From Oopsacas minuta (lineage: Eukaryota; Animalia; Porifera): a DNA stretch of 64,000 nt. The stretch spans positions 1,499,627-1,563,626 of the forward strand of contig JAKMXF010000111.1 of assembly GCA_024704765.1 (NCBI GenBank). The letters run 5' to 3'. Positions 62,276 through 64,000 of this stretch are shown piece after piece; position 1 is the first letter of the stretch, and each line of letters starts with the position of its first letter. The translations under genes and the position numbers were made by a program. The notes below the pieces were generated by a model. It did not search any database and had not been told where the DNA came from. It saw only the letters and a program-made list of their open reading frames with translations.

Positions 62276-62645
62276 ACTATCTCAATGAATTATATACAAT
62301 TACTGTAGCTATAAATAACTTATAATATTAAATTACAACTACGATAAGTATATTAAATCTTACCTTACTTATAAACCAAATAAGAAAGAGCACGCATGGG
62401 ACTTACTTATCCAAAATCGGTCCTGGAAGGATCGATTTTGAAATCAGTCACTCCCACGGTGCTGAATGTTATTTATACAAATAGGCCAAGGAATACCAAG
62501 AGGGCTTGCTGCAATTCTGTGAGAATATGACCCAAAATATCCATGTTTCTGTAGAACATCAACATAAGTAACTTTAATAATATAAACAAAACAGAGAATT
62601 AAGTAAATTTACAATCAAATCAAATGAAACTATTTATACATAATT

Positions 62646-64000
62646 CTAAGTGTTAATCAGCCAATCAGGAAGCGTTCTGTTAAGCCTAATAAGTAATTCC
62701 TTTAATAGTTTATTATGCGCGGAATATACATTCCTAAGATACACAATTTCCTCTGAAGATATTTCTTGATAATTTCTGCCTTTACTAGGGCCCAGACATC
62801 TACTAACCCCACTCATATCTACCGGACAGAAATACCCTTTCTTCTCATCAAATCGTACCGAGCTGTTTATATCTCTCCTAACAGTAATATTGACAAACTT
62901 TAAAACTTGTTCAATCGCAGAGATTGGATTTTTGGTTATCTGACCCCCATCTATAAATATGATATGATAATTTGGGAAATATATAAGCCAATAAAGAATG
63001 TGTTTATAGCATAAACCAGCTCAATACCAGGAAATTTCAATTTATCAACAGATTATCTTGTGAGTTTATTCATGAAATTATTCTGTAGTATATCAATAAA
63101 ACTATAATTTTGAGCGAGAATATTTCTATGTACCCTTTGGTGTTGGAACCATGAATACACTCGCTCTACTGGATCTCTGAGTATGATAACTATGTGTGAA
63201 TTTGGGAGAAGAGTATGTATACGTTGCGGACACATTTTGTGGTCAAAGTAAGTAGCAGATTTTTCAATAAGAATGGTGTTTGTGGGTAATGGGAATCTAG
63301 ACTGATACCAATCTATGCCAAAGAGACATCCAGACGAATTTGAGAAAAATTGAATTTCTTCAAAAGAATCAGGATCTTTATAACTCGTTGAGAATTCAGG
63401 GAGATTAACTAGAAATGAGAGGAGGGCAGTTGACCCCGTTTTCTGCGGGCCTACTAATAAAATCCGCGGGGTTCTCTGACAGGCAATATCCCCTGAATAA
63501 ATATCTGCATGTCTAGAATTTAGCAGTGAGTTACATGGCAAATTCCATAACGGAATTATATCTCCAGGGAAAGTTTTAAAATATATATCAGCTAATTGTA
63601 ACTGTGATCTGTACACTAGTTTAATCTGTGGCCATCTTTGAACGAATGTTATGAGTTCCTCAAACATAATTTGAGCAAGATTATCCCCAGCAAAGTTAGA
63701 GAAGTGTGTCATAAATATATTTACAGGATTATACAACAAACTTTCAAACACACTACCACCACGTGGTGACCTATAAAACTCACTCTTTCCTCCTTTAACT
63801 CTTTGAAGTAATTAGTACTAGTATCGAAAGATAAACCCCTCCTCAAATGATGAGGCCATAATGTAGGATATTGTTCTGTAGAGGTCACTGTTACATAACC
63901 CAACTTCTGCCAGGATTTGTATAGTGGAAGATATATAGGATATACACCTGAATGGTGAGGTGTTACTGAGTAGCCTGTTGTTGTTATTGACAAGTTATGG
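62646..64000 (-). pseudogene. NDST: Heparan sulfate N-deacetylase/N-sulfotransferase (NDST-like), 3' part, multiply disrupted; continues beyond the window
   Basis: PHHSGVYP, TSTEQYP, NPVNIFMTH, GPQKTGSTAL, FEEIQFF, EKSATYFD, RVYSWFQH, CLGPSKGRNY and LPDWL. Lesions: deletion of the conserved IMVLPRQTCG block near 63830, frameshift near 63790, TAA at 63053 and frameshift near 63020. Confidence 0.9.

Noticed and set aside
62400-62560. Exon-like segment (AG...GTAAGT) on the minus strand between NDST and the NHL fragment
   Set aside because: All frames close quickly and there is no homology; possibly non-coding, not supportable as CDS.

Overview
AT-rich, gene-dense eukaryotic (animal) DNA with short GT-AG introns, several long intronless genes, expanded coiled-coil+NHL-repeat genes and heavy DNA-transposon traffic. 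The overall style suggests a hexactinellid glass sponge (inference, not verified). Apparently intact host genes: HEXIM, DGCR6, PIG-F, cytidine deaminase, MPPED, ADF/cofilin, ABCC4-like, a bacterial-looking clan-CD-like protein, CCDC112, B4GALNT3/4-like and Rab1-like. Broken genes: two NHL genes plus a third fragment, NDST, a caspase-like gene that has lost both catalytic residues, an RO60 5' fragment, and MAP3K19/YSK4 exons. 14 of the host genes lie on the minus strand, many with an AG acceptor-like site just before the ATG. Most notable: (1) MAP3K19 kinase exons are in permuted order (C-terminal exons about 8 kb upstream of N-lobe exons, same strand, splice sites intact) with a truncated RO60 in between, as expected from re-integration of a circular DNA intermediate or from trans-splicing; (2) a 1.55-kb near-perfect palindrome made of Mutator transposase coding sequence and flanked by a 9-bp TSD, resembling a mobile Mu killer-type hairpin silencer; (3) an intronless gingipain/caspase-fold-like gene that may be horizontally acquired; (4) a Mutator transposase C-terminus fused to an IAP-type RING finger; (5) several nested transposon stacks with recoverable TIRs and TSDs.
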